From NCBI GenBank assembly GCA_944383465.1, contig CALWPQ010000003.1:11662-75661 (forward strand): 64,000 bases of DNA, read 5' to 3'. Source of the DNA: an uncultured Clostridia bacterium. Its GTDB lineage: Bacteria > Bacillota > Clostridia > Peptostreptococcales > Anaerovoracaceae. Below, piece by piece: positions 1 through 11,073 of the stretch. Each line of letters starts with the position of its first letter. Position 1 is the first letter of the stretch. Under the pieces are notes generated by a model that searched no databases, was not told the origin of the DNA, and was given only the letters and a program-made list of their open reading frames with translations. Both the position numbers and the translations under genes were made by a program.

Positions 1-1
1 T

Positions 2-1375
2 GCGCCGTGCATAATATTTATAGATGAAATTGATGCCGTAGGCCGCAAAAGGGGCGCAGGCATAGGCGGCGGACACGATGAGAGAGAGCAGACTCTCAAT
101 CAGATGCTCGTCGAAATGGATGGTTTTGGCGAAAATACCGGGATCATAATTCTTGCGGCGACAAACAGACCTGATATACTCGATCCTGCGCTTTTAAGAC
201 CGGGCAGATTTGACAGGCAGATAGTAATAGGCGTGCCGGATATTAAGGGGAGAGAAGAAATTTTTGCGGTGCATTCCAAGAATAAACCGCTGGACGAGGG
301 CGTAAATCCTAAAGTGCTTGCAAGAAGGACTCCGGGTTTTACACCTGCGGATATAGAAAATCTTATGAACGAGGCGGCGCTTCTGACGGCAAGGAGAAAC
401 GGTCTCAAAATAAGGATGGATGAAATCGAAGAAGCGATTACGAAAGTGATTGCGGGAACGGCAAAGAAAAGCCGCGTTATTTCGGAGCCGGAGCGCAAAC
501 TCACGGCTTATCACGAAGCAGGACACGCGATCGTGGCGCGTACGCTGCCTAATACCGATCCTGTTCATCAGATAACTATCATACCGAGGGGCTCCGCAGG
601 CGGATTTACAATGATATTGCCTAAGGAAGACAATTATTACGGCACAAAAACGAAGATGACAGAGCAAATTGTGCACTTGCTCGGCGGGCGTGTGGCGGAA
701 AAGCTTACGCTTGACGATATTTCCACAGGCGCGTCAAACGATATAATGAGAGCGACGGAACTTGCGCGCGATATGGTAACGAAATACGGTTTTTCGGAAA
801 AACTCGGTCCTGTCTGCTATGGACAGACAGACGAAGTATTCCTCGGTAACGACTATCATTCACGCAAGAATTACTCAGAGGAAGTTGCGGCCGAGATAGA
901 CGAGGAAGTAAGGCGCATAGTGGAAGAAGGCTTTGCGGAAGCGGAAAGAATCCTGACCGAAAATATAGATAAGCTGCACGAAGTGGCGGCGGCTCTTCTC
1001 GAGGTCGAAACGCTTGACGGCGAGCAGTTTGAAGCGCTTTATACAGGTGAGATCACGGCGGCAGAGCTTGCGGGCAAGGTGAAAGACCGCGATGAGGAAA
1101 TAAAGAAAGCGAACGAAGCTGAAGCGGCGGAGAGAAAGAGATTGATAGCCGAGGAAGAGGCGCGCGAAGCTGCGGAAAAGGCAAATGCAAAGGTGCAGAT
1201 TGTGCAGATGCCGGGCGATAAGTCGGATGAAGCGATAAGAGCTATTCTGATGAATATAAATAACGCAGCTGATTCGGAAAAGCCGTCTGATAAAAATAAA
1301 GACGGTGGAGAAGACGGCGATGACGAAAATGGCGGCAGCAACAAGGAAGAAAGCGGCGAAGATAAGGAAGAATAA
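2..1375 (+). CDS. ftsH: ATP-dependent zinc metalloprotease FtsH, C-terminal part (5' end outside window)
   Basis: The frame is open from base 2 ([18 protein letters not shown]...[20 protein letters not shown]). It has the HEAGHA zinc motif and a long acidic/Lys-rich tail. Confidence 0.95.
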   Translation, partial: APCIIFIDEIDAVGRKRGAGIGGGHDEREQTLNQMLVEMDGFGENTGIIILAATNRPDILDPALLRPGRFDRQIVIGVPDIKGREEIFAVHSKNKPLDEGVNPKVLARRTPGFTPADIENLMNEAALLTARRNGLKIRMDEIEEAITKVIAGTAKKSRVISEPERKLTAYHEAGHAIVARTLPNTDPVHQITIIPRGSAGGFTMILPKEDNYYGTKTKMTEQIVHLLGGRVAEKLTLDDISTGASNDIMRATELARDMVTKYGFSEKLGPVCYGQTDEVFLGNDYHSRKNYSEEVAAEIDEEVRRIVEEGFAEAERILTENIDKLHEVAAALLEVETLDGEQFEALYTGEITAAELAGKVKDRDEEIKKANEAEAAERKRLIAEEEAREAAEKANAKVQIVQMPGDKSDEAIRAILMNINNAADSEKPSDKNKDGGEDGDDENGGSNKEESGEDKEE

Positions 1376-1435
1376 AAAAGTATAAAAGTAAGCAATACCA
1401 ACAGATAATTGATTAGGAATGGAGAAGAATCCCGA

Positions 1436-3010
1436 ATGAAAGTTACGGTAAGAGAAGTTCTGCAAATGGATATATTTAAAGAGGCCAAAGTGCTCGCGGG
1501 GGAAAGCGGTCTTGATGTAAGAATCAGGAACGCTTCCGTGCTGGAGGGTCTCCGTAGCGATGAAATATCTTCATATGCAGGCAGGACAGGCGAACTTGTA
1601 ATTTCGGGTTTTTTCCATATTAAAGACGATATAGAAGAGCAGTGCGCTATCGTGCGCGCACTTGCCCAAAAAGGCTGCGCGGCGCTGGTGCTTATGTATG
1701 TAGGCGATGTTTTGCCCGAGGTATCCGATGAGCTCATAGATGCTGCGGAAAAAGCAGGGCTTCCGCTTATTTCTCTTGAAAAAGAGGGAGTGTGCTGCTC
1801 TGACGTGGCAAGAGATGTTTCGGCCGAACTCGTTTACGGCGATAGTTTTGGTAATCGTCTTATCAGCAACACCGTATTCCATCTGCTCAACTTTGAAAAG
1901 CATCCGAATTTTCAGGAGGCGCTCAAAGAAGCGGCAATAAACAATGATTTTCAGATAATAATACTGTCGGAGGACTTTAATCCAATACTTTCAGTGGAGA
2001 CGCGCCACAGGGTCAGCATAGACGAGGCTATAAGAATAGGAAGAAGCCGTGAAATGAATGACTCTTCTGTTTATACACTCGTCGAAGTGGACGGCGTTTT
2101 GACCTATTGGGGCTCGGTGCTCATAAACGACGAAAAACATTATATGTTTATAGTCGATAATGAGGACTGCTACTCGGCCAACGAGATAACGAAGCTTGCT
2201 GAAATAATAGAGCTCGCTATGGGGATGTGGAAATATACGCCTGAGCGCGACGCGAGAGCAGAGCTCATAAAAGCGCTTAAGCGCGGCAGTAAGAGCCTTG
2301 CATATAGTCTGAAAGAAGAAGCGGGCATAAATGATGAAAATATACTATGCGTATTTTATGCGCACGGTATCGAGACGCCGGAAGCGCGCAAGATAATAGA
2401 TGATTTTGAGCAGAATGAAAAATTACGCATCATGAAAGTGGCTGAGGGAGATGACACGTACGGACTTATTCTCACGCAGCTTGTCGAAAACGACGAAGAC
2501 GCGGCCAGCAAGAGAAACAAATGCAATGACCTCTTTAATGATCTCAAAGCTGAAAACGCGGTGCGCATATTCAACGTTATAGGTGTAGAAGGTATTGAAG
2601 GCGCGGCTGATGCGTACAGACTGATAGGAGAAACATGGTCGTTTGTGCAGAGCGTATTTCCGTACAAGAGAGTGTTTACGAAGTACGAAATGGTGCTTGT
2701 AAGCAACTGCATAAATATTCAGCTCCAGGGCGGGTATGTCAAAAAGAATCATATGGATTTGCTCGAGCCGTTTAAGGAAGTCGGCGAGCACAAGGGCAGA
2801 CAGCTGCTGGAAACATTAGAAACATTCGTGCTCGATGCAGGTATGAACAGCGCCAAGACCAGTGAATTTATGGGTATACATACAAACACTGTGCAGTACA
2901 GGCTTAAGAAAATAAATGATGTACTGAGCGCGGAAATAACAGGTAACAGAGTTATTCCGGGGCTTACTATCGCGCTTGCGCTTAAACGCCTCGACAGAGT
3001 TGTAAAATAA
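1436..3010 (+). CDS. PucR-family transcriptional regulator
   Basis: C-terminal HTH SAKTSEFMGIHTNTVQYRLKKINDVL is typical of PucR C-terminal domains. The ATG at 1436 follows GGAATGGAGAAG; the track ORF begins at an upstream TTG at 1409. Confidence 0.8.
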   Translation: MKVTVREVLQMDIFKEAKVLAGESGLDVRIRNASVLEGLRSDEISSYAGRTGELVISGFFHIKDDIEEQCAIVRALAQKGCAALVLMYVGDVLPEVSDELIDAAEKAGLPLISLEKEGVCCSDVARDVSAELVYGDSFGNRLISNTVFHLLNFEKHPNFQEALKEAAINNDFQIIILSEDFNPILSVETRHRVSIDEAIRIGRSREMNDSSVYTLVEVDGVLTYWGSVLINDEKHYMFIVDNEDCYSANEITKLAEIIELAMGMWKYTPERDARAELIKALKRGSKSLAYSLKEEAGINDENILCVFYAHGIETPEARKIIDDFEQNEKLRIMKVAEGDDTYGLILTQLVENDEDAASKRNKCNDLFNDLKAENAVRIFNVIGVEGIEGAADAYRLIGETWSFVQSVFPYKRVFTKYEMVLVSNCINIQLQGGYVKKNHMDLLEPFKEVGEHKGRQLLETLETFVLDAGMNSAKTSEFMGIHTNTVQYRLKKINDVLSAEITGNRVIPGLTIALALKRLDRVVK

Positions 3011-3039
3011 TTTGCAGAGCAGGCAGAATTTATACGGCA

Positions 3040-4617
3040 ATGGAAAAGAGTACAGAGAAGAATATTAAAATAAAAACCAATAGATTATTGGCAGTGACAG
3101 CGCTTATCGTGTGTGTCACTGCTTTTTGTTCTCATGTATATGGTGCGGAGACGGCAGAAGCAGCAAGCGATTTAGCAAGAGACAAAAGTGTGAGTACTTA
3201 CGCGTGTGCAAATGGGGACGAACTGCCGCGAGTGATTGCGCATGGAGGAGGCACAGCGCTTGGATATAAGACCACCAATTCGCTTGAAGCCGTGCAGCAG
3301 TCTATAGAAGCGGGCTATACGCTAATCGAGCTCGATATGCTCATTACGGCAGATGATGAAATTGTAATGGCGCATGATTTCGGCTCTTCGTGGACAAGGC
3401 AATATATGGGAGTAAAGTTCACAGAACGGCCGACAGTTGAGGAGTATCTTTCAAATAAAATATACGGTTTTCTGACGCCAATGTCGTTTGATATGCTGAC
3501 AGAAGTACTCGATGAGCATCCCGATGTGAGAATAGTGACCGACTGCAAGGAAAATGCTGTCGAGCTGCTTTCGCTCATAGCGCGCAAATATCCGCATTAT
3601 ATCGCCAACATAGTACCGCAGATATATGATTATTATCAGTATGAACAGGTGAAGCGTCTCGGTTACGAGGATATAATATTTACGCTCTATACGATGAATT
3701 ATATGGACTACGATAGATTGCTTGCATTTATAAAGGAAAAGGAGCTTTTAGCAGTTACAGTAGGCGTGGACTATACGTATAAAGAGGTGGCTTATAGGCT
3801 CGCTGAGGACGATGTATGCGTATACATGCATCCGCTTAACGATTTTGATGACGCTAATGCGCTCATAGAAAAAGGAATATACGGTGTTTATTCAAGTGTA
3901 ATTGCACCGGATGAGCTCTGCGGCGACGAGAGAACATTTTACTTGACAGATCCGGTGACGGGGGAAAAGCTGTCAGATGTAACACTGCCGGGTATGGCGG
4001 CGGCGTATGTTATGTCGATTCCGGTGCACGGTGCGGGAAGCGGCGGCGTTTTGTACTATATAGACGGTTTTTCGCTTTCGCAAAAGCTGCTTGACAATAT
4101 GACAGAGGGTATTCATACGCTGACGATAAAAAAACCGCGCGGCCAAACGGGCATAGAATATTTGATATATAAAGGCATAAAGCAGGATGGAAGCAAATAT
4201 CTGCGTGTCGCAGAGCAGAAGAATGCGTACAGGCTGAAAATGCTGAGAAGTTATCCTGATATGGCGAAGAAGCTTTCTGCGTATGCTGGCCTCAGCAGCG
4301 ATCAGAAAACAGTGCTTATGAACTCGGTCGTGATGGCAGCAGGAGAGAGTGGATATTACGATGCTGGCGTTCTTAAAGAGTTTAGGCTGTCAAAGGATGA
4401 ATTGACTGCACCTAAATTTGATTCTTCGGGCGCGGTCAGCCCACCTGTAAATACTTGGACCGCAAGGCCGCATATAAATTATGAAAATGTACTCATTTAT
4501 CTGCCTGAGGGAATTTCAGCAGCGGAAAATGAAAGCATAGCATTTGGAAAAGCGGTAATATATATATTTAATGATTGGGACAGAGCAAAGGAGGAAATCT
4601 ATGCTACTTGCATTTGA
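3040..4617 (+). CDS. Membrane-anchored or secreted glycerophosphodiester phosphodiesterase (GDPD)-domain protein
   Basis: N-terminal hydrophobic segment [18 protein letters not shown]-like motifs VIAHGGG, LIELDM and VMAHD. The C-terminal half has no motif I recognise. Confidence 0.65.
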   Translation: MEKSTEKNIKIKTNRLLAVTALIVCVTAFCSHVYGAETAEAASDLARDKSVSTYACANGDELPRVIAHGGGTALGYKTTNSLEAVQQSIEAGYTLIELDMLITADDEIVMAHDFGSSWTRQYMGVKFTERPTVEEYLSNKIYGFLTPMSFDMLTEVLDEHPDVRIVTDCKENAVELLSLIARKYPHYIANIVPQIYDYYQYEQVKRLGYEDIIFTLYTMNYMDYDRLLAFIKEKELLAVTVGVDYTYKEVAYRLAEDDVCVYMHPLNDFDDANALIEKGIYGVYSSVIAPDELCGDERTFYLTDPVTGEKLSDVTLPGMAAAYVMSIPVHGAGSGGVLYYIDGFSLSQKLLDNMTEGIHTLTIKKPRGQTGIEYLIYKGIKQDGSKYLRVAEQKNAYRLKMLRSYPDMAKKLSAYAGLSSDQKTVLMNSVVMAAGESGYYDAGVLKEFRLSKDELTAPKFDSSGAVSPPVNTWTARPHINYENVLIYLPEGISAAENESIAFGKAVIYIFNDWDRAKEEIYATCI

Positions 4618-5431
4618 CGTTGGCAATACCAACATAGTCCTGGGTGTTTTTAAGGACGAAAAGCTCATTCAAAACTGGAGAATGGAAACGGATAACAAGA
4701 AGAGCGCCGACGAGTACGGTATGCTCGTAAATCAGCTTTTTTCGTATGTCGGGCTTGACACAAAAGAAGTGAAAGATGTGATAATTTCAACGGTAGTGCC
4801 GTCTGTACTCTATACGCTTCAGCATATGTCGAGAAAGTATTTTGGATGCAAGCCAATAGTGATAGGGCCGGGAGTAAAAACGGGGCTGCTCATAAAATAC
4901 GACAATCCAAAACAAGTGGGTGCGGACAGAATTGTAAACGCAGTCGGCGCTTATGCCAAGTACGGAGGTCCGCTCATCATCATAGATATGGGAACGGCAA
5001 CGACATTCTGCGCGGTGACGGATAAAGCTGAATACCTTGGAGGTACGATTGCTCCAGGACTCAAGATAACGTCGGAAGCGCTCGTTGAAAAAACGGCCAA
5101 GCTGCCTAAGGTAGAGCTCGAAGAGCCGGGGCATGTGATCTGTAAGAATACGATACAGTCTATGCAGTCAGGTCTCGTCTACGGGCATATGGGTACGGTG
5201 GACTATGTTGTCAGAAAGATGAAAGAAGAGCTTTGCGAAATTTGCGGTGCGGACAAGCCAATAAAGGTAATTGCAACGGGTGGTATGGCAAATATGATTA
5301 AAGGCGGAGTAGACTGTATCGACAAGGTAGACGGTATGCTGACTCTCGAAGGCTTGCAGATTATATACGAGAAAAACAGAAGAGAGCGCGAAAAGAGAAA
5401 AGCTGCGGAATGCAAATGCTTTTACGCTTGA
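4601..5431 (+). CDS. coaX: Type III pantothenate kinase
   Basis: [17 protein letters not shown] start, GADRIVN and [11 protein letters not shown] motifs of the CoaX/Baf family. The start was moved to the ATG at 4601 and overlaps the upstream gene end. Confidence 0.9.
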   Translation: MLLAFDVGNTNIVLGVFKDEKLIQNWRMETDNKKSADEYGMLVNQLFSYVGLDTKEVKDVIISTVVPSVLYTLQHMSRKYFGCKPIVIGPGVKTGLLIKYDNPKQVGADRIVNAVGAYAKYGGPLIIIDMGTATTFCAVTDKAEYLGGTIAPGLKITSEALVEKTAKLPKVELEEPGHVICKNTIQSMQSGLVYGHMGTVDYVVRKMKEELCEICGADKPIKVIATGGMANMIKGGVDCIDKVDGMLTLEGLQIIYEKNRREREKRKAAECKCFYA

Positions 5432-5505
5432 AATCGAGGAAAATTGAAGAGCGGGTGTTTAAGCTGCGGATATAAATTTAGTTCATAAGAGAAAAGGGAA
5501 AGCGT

Positions 5506-6132
5506 ATGAGTATGCGTGTGGAACACGGTTTTGATCCTGTATGTGATGAAAATTCAAGAGTGCTTGTGCTGGGAACAATGCCATCGGTAAAGTCGAGGGA
5601 GCAGGGTTTTTATTACGGACATCCGCAAAATCGTTTTTGGAAGGTGATTGCGGCGGCTGCGGAACGCGTAAATGCAGGACGCGAAAACGGCATAGCCTGC
5701 CTGCGTGCCGGCTGTGGAGACGGTGACTGCGGCAGAGACCGCATGGGTTGTGATTTTGACAATTACAGCGGAAGGGAAATCAGAGTGCCGAAGACGATAG
5801 AGGAAAAGCGTGCGCTGCTGCTTTCCGCGGGTATTGCCGTTTGGGATGTGCTTGCTGCTTGTGAGATTGAGGGCTCAGATGACAGCAGTATCAGAAACCC
5901 GGAACCTGCTGATATAGGGATGGTGCTGCGCTCATCTCCAAGAATAGAGAAAATTATCTGCAACGGCAATGCGGCTTATAAACTGTATTTGAAATTTTTT
6001 GCGGAAGAGGCGGCACGGCATAAGTGGCCTGAGGCAGTAAAGCTCCCGTCAACGAGTCCTGCAAATGCTGCCTGGAATCTTGCGCGGCTCAAGGACGCAT
6101 GGTGTGCGGAAATAGCTGTATCAGCAAAGTGA
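5506..6132 (+). CDS. DNA-deoxyinosine (hypoxanthine) glycosylase, UDG superfamily
   Basis: RVLVLGTMPSVKSREQGFYYGHPQNRFWKV and IAVWDV motifs. It carries an extra Cys/Gly-rich segment (see findings). Confidence 0.75.
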   Translation: MSMRVEHGFDPVCDENSRVLVLGTMPSVKSREQGFYYGHPQNRFWKVIAAAAERVNAGRENGIACLRAGCGDGDCGRDRMGCDFDNYSGREIRVPKTIEEKRALLLSAGIAVWDVLAACEIEGSDDSSIRNPEPADIGMVLRSSPRIEKIICNGNAAYKLYLKFFAEEAARHKWPEAVKLPSTSPANAAWNLARLKDAWCAEIAVSAK

Positions 6133-6206
6133 AGATTAGAGATAGAGATTGCTTGAAAAATGCTGTAGATAGGAGCGCCGTTTGGCAGGCCTTGCGCAGC
6201 ATTTCT

Positions 6207-7034
6207 TTATAGTTTTTGACAGTGAGGACAGTAAACGCTGCTTCTGCCGCCTATAACTGTGCGCGTTAGGATGGTACCGCAGACGGGACACGGCTTGCCT
6301 GCGTGCCCGTAGACATTAAGAAAAGGAGTGTTGCGGTATTCCTGTCCTTTTGTTTTTAAGTATTCCTCAGGTGTAATTTTATTTTTTTCTGTGAAATATG
6401 CGAGTCTCTCAGGAATGACTGCGGAAAGACGAGCAAAGTCTGCTTTTTCTAAGCTGTCTGCGGGACGGGCAGGAAAAATTCCCGCAGCAAAGAGAATTTC
6501 GTCAGCATAGATATTGCCAATGCCGGCGACTATACTTTGATCCAGCAGGCATCCTTTTATAGCTTTTCTTCGTTTCTTCAAATTGGCTTCGAGATACTCG
6601 GATGTAAACATTTCATCGAAAGGTTCAGGACCAAGCTTTGTTATACCTGTGCACGTATCAGGCTCGCCGGCTTCAAGCGCCCAGAAGCGTCCGAAGCGGC
6701 GCGTATCGGAGAAGCGAAGCTCGCTTTTATTATTGAAGCGGAAGATGAGATGAGTGTGTTTTTCTTCGGGAAAATCAGGCGGTGTTAGAAGCAAACAGCC
6801 GGTCATACGAAGATGCATAATAATGCGGATTTCACTGTCAAGAAAAATAGTCAGAAATTTTCCTCTGCGCGACATAGCAGAAACCATGCGCCCTTCTGTG
6901 AGCAGGCGGAATTTTTCGGCTTCAGGATGTTCAATAATACGAGGTTGTCTGATAACTGCTTCTTCAATTATAAGGCCCTTTATTTGCGGGGCAAGAATAT
7001 TTTTTATTGTTTCAACTTCTGGTAATTCAGGCAT
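6207..7034 (-). CDS. mutM: Formamidopyrimidine-DNA glycosylase
   Basis: MPELPEVETI N-terminus and C-terminal zinc finger CPVCGT...CPHCQ. Confidence 0.95.
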   Translation of the reverse strand: MPELPEVETIKNILAPQIKGLIIEEAVIRQPRIIEHPEAEKFRLLTEGRMVSAMSRRGKFLTIFLDSEIRIIMHLRMTGCLLLTPPDFPEEKHTHLIFRFNNKSELRFSDTRRFGRFWALEAGEPDTCTGITKLGPEPFDEMFTSEYLEANLKKRRKAIKGCLLDQSIVAGIGNIYADEILFAAGIFPARPADSLEKADFARLSAVIPERLAYFTEKNKITPEEYLKTKGQEYRNTPFLNVYGHAGKPCPVCGTILTRTVIGGRSSVYCPHCQKL

Positions 7035-7230
7035 AATTTCATGCGTCCTTTCTTGCAGCTTTTTTAATTCTTTCGCGATAAAAATAATCTTACTTACTTA
7101 TATTACAGAGGCGTATTTTTGTCAAGACGGAGTGATGAGAAATTTGTACCTTTATTTTCTATGGGATTTCGGCTTGTTTATGGTATAATGGATTGGAAAA
7201 CAAACGACATTTGAAAGGAAGTATTTGTAT

Positions 7231-8289
7231 ATGAAGAGGGTTAAGATATTGGCGGCGGCACTGAGCTTTATACTTATATGCGGGTCTATTATCGGCTGCG
7301 GGAATGGAGATAGCGCTGATGGTGATAGAGAGCAGGAGAAAACGAGCGTTTATTCTGTAAAAATAGGCGATAATTTGTACAGCGTGGATGAGGAGCTTAC
7401 TGCTGAGATGTCAGCGTTCCTTATGGAGACATGCGAAGTGGAGTTTGCAGAAGCAGAGTCGATATTTCCTGCATCAAATTTCTATAAAAACAGAGATTTT
7501 GCAATAAGGACTTGGATAAATGAAGCGGACAACGGCGAAAATAGCGAAACTATATATTTTATAAGTACAGGAACGGGCAGTACGGAGAGAGGTATATCTG
7601 TCGGTAATACACTGAAAGAGGTGAGGGCGGCTTATCCTGAGCTTGCATTTATATCGGGAAGCTGCACAGACGATAACGGCGAGTTTATGAACAATACGAG
7701 AAGATACCGTTTTTATGATGACGGAGATGATACGAACAATTATCTTGATTTTTGGTTGGCACGAATTGAGGGCGAGGAAAGCGCAGATGGCAGCGAGTGG
7801 GCGGTAACAGGAATCGAGACTGCCGATGCCCTCGATATGAGCCGTGAGCAGGATATCGAAACGGGCAAAGTGTTTGGCGATGACAGGATTCATATGGAAA
7901 TGCCGGATGGACTTACGACGAGGATTTTCCGAGAAAATGCGGACGGAAGTGAAACAGAGATAAAATCATTTGCGGGCGCGGCGTCGGGCGCGGATCTTGA
8001 CAGCGATGGGGTTGACGAGCTTATTTGCCATGTAAACGACAGCGGATACAGGAACATAGTGATAATAGATATTGTAAACGGGGATATTATAGAGACAGAT
8101 GTGAACAGCGAGCTTGGCTGCACATGGTCGGACTATGCGGGGCTTATAGGGAATATAAAGTCAGAGTATAGAAACTGTATTGAAGCTGCGTTTGATGGCG
8201 GAGATGGACGTGCAAGCAGTTATCTTTATGATTATGCTGACGGTATGCTTGAGCAAAGATGCGGCTTGGATGAAGCGTTGGGCGTTTGA
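7231..8289 (+). CDS. Putative lipoprotein, unknown function
   Basis: Signal peptide plus lipobox (ILICGSIIGCGNG). The mature part is acidic. The ATG at 7231 lies 9 nt after AAAGGAAG, and a TGgTATAAT is present at 7177-7185. Confidence 0.6.
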   Translation: MKRVKILAAALSFILICGSIIGCGNGDSADGDREQEKTSVYSVKIGDNLYSVDEELTAEMSAFLMETCEVEFAEAESIFPASNFYKNRDFAIRTWINEADNGENSETIYFISTGTGSTERGISVGNTLKEVRAAYPELAFISGSCTDDNGEFMNNTRRYRFYDDGDDTNNYLDFWLARIEGEESADGSEWAVTGIETADALDMSREQDIETGKVFGDDRIHMEMPDGLTTRIFRENADGSETEIKSFAGAASGADLDSDGVDELICHVNDSGYRNIVIIDIVNGDIIETDVNSELGCTWSDYAGLIGNIKSEYRNCIEAAFDGGDGRASSYLYDYADGMLEQRCGLDEALGV

Positions 8290-8328
8290 ATAGATTAAAG
8301 ACTATGGCGGGAGAGAAAAAGGAAGGCT

Positions 8329-9351
8329 ATGGCAACAGAAGGAAAAAAGAATAAAGTGCTGAAAATAGGAAATTTGGAGCTGGAAAGTCCATTTTTGCTG
8401 GCGCCGCTTGCGGGGATTACAGACGCACCTATGCGGAGAATAGCGAGAGAGCTGGGAGCGGCAATGACGTATTCGGAAATGGTGTCGGGAAAAGGACTTA
8501 TGTATGGTGATAAGAATACGGAACGTCTACTTGCGATATACGATGATGAAAAGCCGGTTGCTTATCAGGTATTTGGCTGCGAGCCTGATGTTATTGAATA
8601 CACGGCGCGCGTGCTGGCAGCGCGTGAAAATGCGGTTCTCGATATCAATATGGGATGTCCTGTGCCCAAAATAGTAAAAAACGGGGAAGGCTCGGCGCTG
8701 ATGAAAAATCCGGACTTAGTTTATGATGTGGTGTGCGCGGCGGTACGGGGTGCAGAAAAGGGCGCGCAGGAAAATGGCGCCGCACCGAAGCCGGTGACGG
8801 TAAAAACGCGGATCGGCTTTACGTCAGATACTGTAAATGCAGTTGAAGTTGCAAGAGCTGCTGAGGCGGGGGGCGCCGCGGCCGTTGCCGTGCACGGGCG
8901 CACGCGCGAGCAGTATTACAGCGGCAAAGCCGACTGGCGGGAGATAGCGAAAGTAAAGAGCGCGGTGAGCGTGCCCGTGATCGGCAACGGGGACGTCTTC
9001 ACGGGTGAAGACGCCCTTGCAATCATAAGCGAAACCGGGTGCGATTTTGTCATGATTGCCCGCGGCGCCCTTGGCAATCCGTGGATTTTCCGAGATGCAC
9101 TTGCGCTTTACAGAGGAGAAGAAAAGCCGGAGGAGCCCTCTGCCGAGGAGCGCATAAGAATGCTTATGCGCCATTTCAGCGATCTAATTGCCTTTAAGGG
9201 CGAGTATGCCGCCGTACGTGAGATGCGCAAGCAGGTAGGCTGGTACCTCAAAGGTATTCGCGGATCGGCGGAAGTTCGCCGCCGCGTGAACAGCATTACA
9301 GAGGCTGCTTCTATGGAGGCTGTGTTCACGGATTTACTGCAACAAGTATAG
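8329..9351 (+). CDS. dusB: tRNA-dihydrouridine synthase
   Basis: LAPLAGITDAPMRRIARELGA, DINMGCPV and VHGRTREQ motifs of the Dus family. Confidence 0.9.
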   Translation: MATEGKKNKVLKIGNLELESPFLLAPLAGITDAPMRRIARELGAAMTYSEMVSGKGLMYGDKNTERLLAIYDDEKPVAYQVFGCEPDVIEYTARVLAARENAVLDINMGCPVPKIVKNGEGSALMKNPDLVYDVVCAAVRGAEKGAQENGAAPKPVTVKTRIGFTSDTVNAVEVARAAEAGGAAAVAVHGRTREQYYSGKADWREIAKVKSAVSVPVIGNGDVFTGEDALAIISETGCDFVMIARGALGNPWIFRDALALYRGEEKPEEPSAEERIRMLMRHFSDLIAFKGEYAAVREMRKQVGWYLKGIRGSAEVRRRVNSITEAASMEAVFTDLLQQV

Positions 9352-9387
9352 GTTATAGTTTTAAGTGCTTTAAAAGCAATTTTTCTC

Positions 9388-9416
9388 TTGCAGGTAAACC
9401 CTGCGAGTGTTATATT
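9388..9416 (+). promoter_or_regulatory. Sigma-A-type promoter for thrC (TTGCAG-17-TATATT)
   Basis: -35 at 9388-9393, a 17-nt spacer, and -10 at 9411-9416. It sits about 35 nt upstream of the thrC ATG. Confidence 0.5.
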
Positions 9417-9449
9417 ATATACATATAATTTCTTTAAGGAGACATCAAA

Positions 9450-10928
9450 ATGATTAAGTATAAGAGCACAAGAGGAAGCGAAAGAAGGCTCAGCGCGGCG
9501 AGCGCGATTATAGCGGGCATAGCCGAGGACAAGGGCCTTTATGTACCGGAGTCGGTGCCTGCGCTGCCTATGGACATAGAAGATATGCAGAAAATGAATT
9601 ATAAGGAAATAGCATACACCATTATCAGATCGTTTTTTGACGATTATACGGATGAGGAAATGAAGACCTGCGTAGACGGCGCGTATGACGGTAAATTTGA
9701 AGCAGATGATGTGGTGCCGATTGTAAAGGCCGGGGACGCGTATTTTCTTGAGCTCTATCACGGCAGAACAGCGGCATTCAAGGATATGGCGCTTTCGATA
9801 CTGCCATACCTTCTCACAACAGCTGTAAAGAAGGAAAATGAAGAGGCTAAAATCTGTATACTGACAGCGACTTCGGGTGATACGGGAAAGGCCGCGCTTG
9901 AAGGCTTCGCCGATGTTCCGGGTACAGAAATAATCGTTTTCTTCCCTGACAAGGGTGTGAGCGAGGTGCAGAAGCGCCAGATGGTGAGTCAGGAGGGAGC
10001 GAACACGCATGTATTCGCAATCAACGGCAATTTCGACGATGCGCAGACGGGCGTAAAGAAGATATTTAATGATGATGCCTTTGCAGAAAAACTCGCGGAA
10101 GCGGGCTGCAGGCTTTCGTCTGCAAACTCGATAAACATTGGCAGACTCATTCCGCAGGTGGCGTATTATGTATATGGTTACGCCAAGCTTGCCGAGCGCG
10201 GAGCAATAAAGACGGGAGATCCGATAAATGTCGTGGTTCCGACAGGTAATTTTGGAAACATTCTTGCGGCGTATTACGCGAAGCAGATGGGTGTGCCTAT
10301 CGACAAACTCATCTGTGCATCAAATAAAAACAAAGTGCTCACAGATTTTATAAATACCGGAGTTTATAATATCGACAGAGAATTCTATCTCACCAACTCG
10401 CCTTCGATGGACATTCTCATTTCCAGCAATCTTGAGAGACTTCTCTATCATCTCGCAGGAAACGACGGCGACAAGGTAAAGGAGCTTATGGACGCTCTCG
10501 ACAGCAAAAAATCGTACGCTATTGATGAGAAGATAAAATCGGGAATGAAGGATTTTTACGGCGGATTCTGTGATGTCGAAGAGACAAACGCCGCTATCGG
10601 CAGAATGTTCAGCGAAAACGGATATCTTATGGACACGCATACGGCGGTAGCATACAAAGTGTATGAAGATTATAAAAAAGAAACGGGCGATACCAAGCCG
10701 ACGCTCATAGCTTCCACAGCCAGCGCATATAAATTTGCCGAGAGCGTGTGCGAGGCTATAGGACTTCCAAAGCAGGAAAACGGTTTTGCCGCAGTAAGTG
10801 CGCTTGCGGAAAAGACGGGCGTACGCGTGCCGGCGGGGCTCAAAGACCTGGAGAAGAAAGAAATTCGCCACAAGAGCGTAATCGATATAGCGGATATGCC
10901 AAGTGCAGTATATGATGCCGTGAGATAA
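9450..10928 (+). CDS. thrC: Threonine synthase (long form)
   Basis: MIKYKSTRG start and PLP-lysine context TAAFKDMALS. The length of about 490 aa is typical of the long ThrC class. Confidence 0.9.
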   Translation: MIKYKSTRGSERRLSAASAIIAGIAEDKGLYVPESVPALPMDIEDMQKMNYKEIAYTIIRSFFDDYTDEEMKTCVDGAYDGKFEADDVVPIVKAGDAYFLELYHGRTAAFKDMALSILPYLLTTAVKKENEEAKICILTATSGDTGKAALEGFADVPGTEIIVFFPDKGVSEVQKRQMVSQEGANTHVFAINGNFDDAQTGVKKIFNDDAFAEKLAEAGCRLSSANSINIGRLIPQVAYYVYGYAKLAERGAIKTGDPINVVVPTGNFGNILAAYYAKQMGVPIDKLICASNKNKVLTDFINTGVYNIDREFYLTNSPSMDILISSNLERLLYHLAGNDGDKVKELMDALDSKKSYAIDEKIKSGMKDFYGGFCDVEETNAAIGRMFSENGYLMDTHTAVAYKVYEDYKKETGDTKPTLIASTASAYKFAESVCEAIGLPKQENGFAAVSALAEKTGVRVPAGLKDLEKKEIRHKSVIDIADMPSAVYDAVR

Positions 10929-10952
10929 ATTTTAATTATGTGAAAATTAAAG

Positions 10953-10992
10953 ACGGGGCAAATGACGTTACAAAAAGTCGGCTCCGTTTTTT
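10953..10992 (+). terminator. Intrinsic terminator after thrC
   Basis: ACGGGGC pairs with GCTCCGT (one G-U), followed by TTTTTT. Confidence 0.55.
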
Positions 10993-11073
10993 AATCTGTA
11001 ATTTAGGGCTATAATTTTATCATATAATATGGTAAAATTGTAAAGAAAAAGTGTGAAAAGGGAACAATACAGA

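Noticed and set aside
6158-6205. A possible bidirectional terminator between the convergent glycosylase genes (AAATGCTG/CAGCATTT).
   Set aside because: The stem is 8 bp with a loop of about 31 nt, which is too weak to report as a feature.
9108-10010. Long antisense ORFs on the track. Examples are 9108-10010 (300 aa), 60499-61338 (279 aa), 1039-1737 (232 aa), 14961-15605 (214 aa), 49350-50021 (223 aa) and 32238-32831 (197 aa), all on the minus strand.
   Set aside because: Each lies entirely opposite a gene with clear family motifs (dusB/thrC, the carboxypeptidase, ftsH/pucR, the response regulator, thiZ, glmS). Their translations are low-complexity and rich in Arg, Cys and Phe, with no motifs and no RBS. 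They are shadow ORFs of the real genes.
10929-11073. I expected a yybP-ykoY (Mn2+) riboswitch upstream of mntP.
   Set aside because: The 145-nt spacer holds only the thrC terminator and AT-rich promoter-like sequence. None of the conserved four-helix boxes of that riboswitch are visible.
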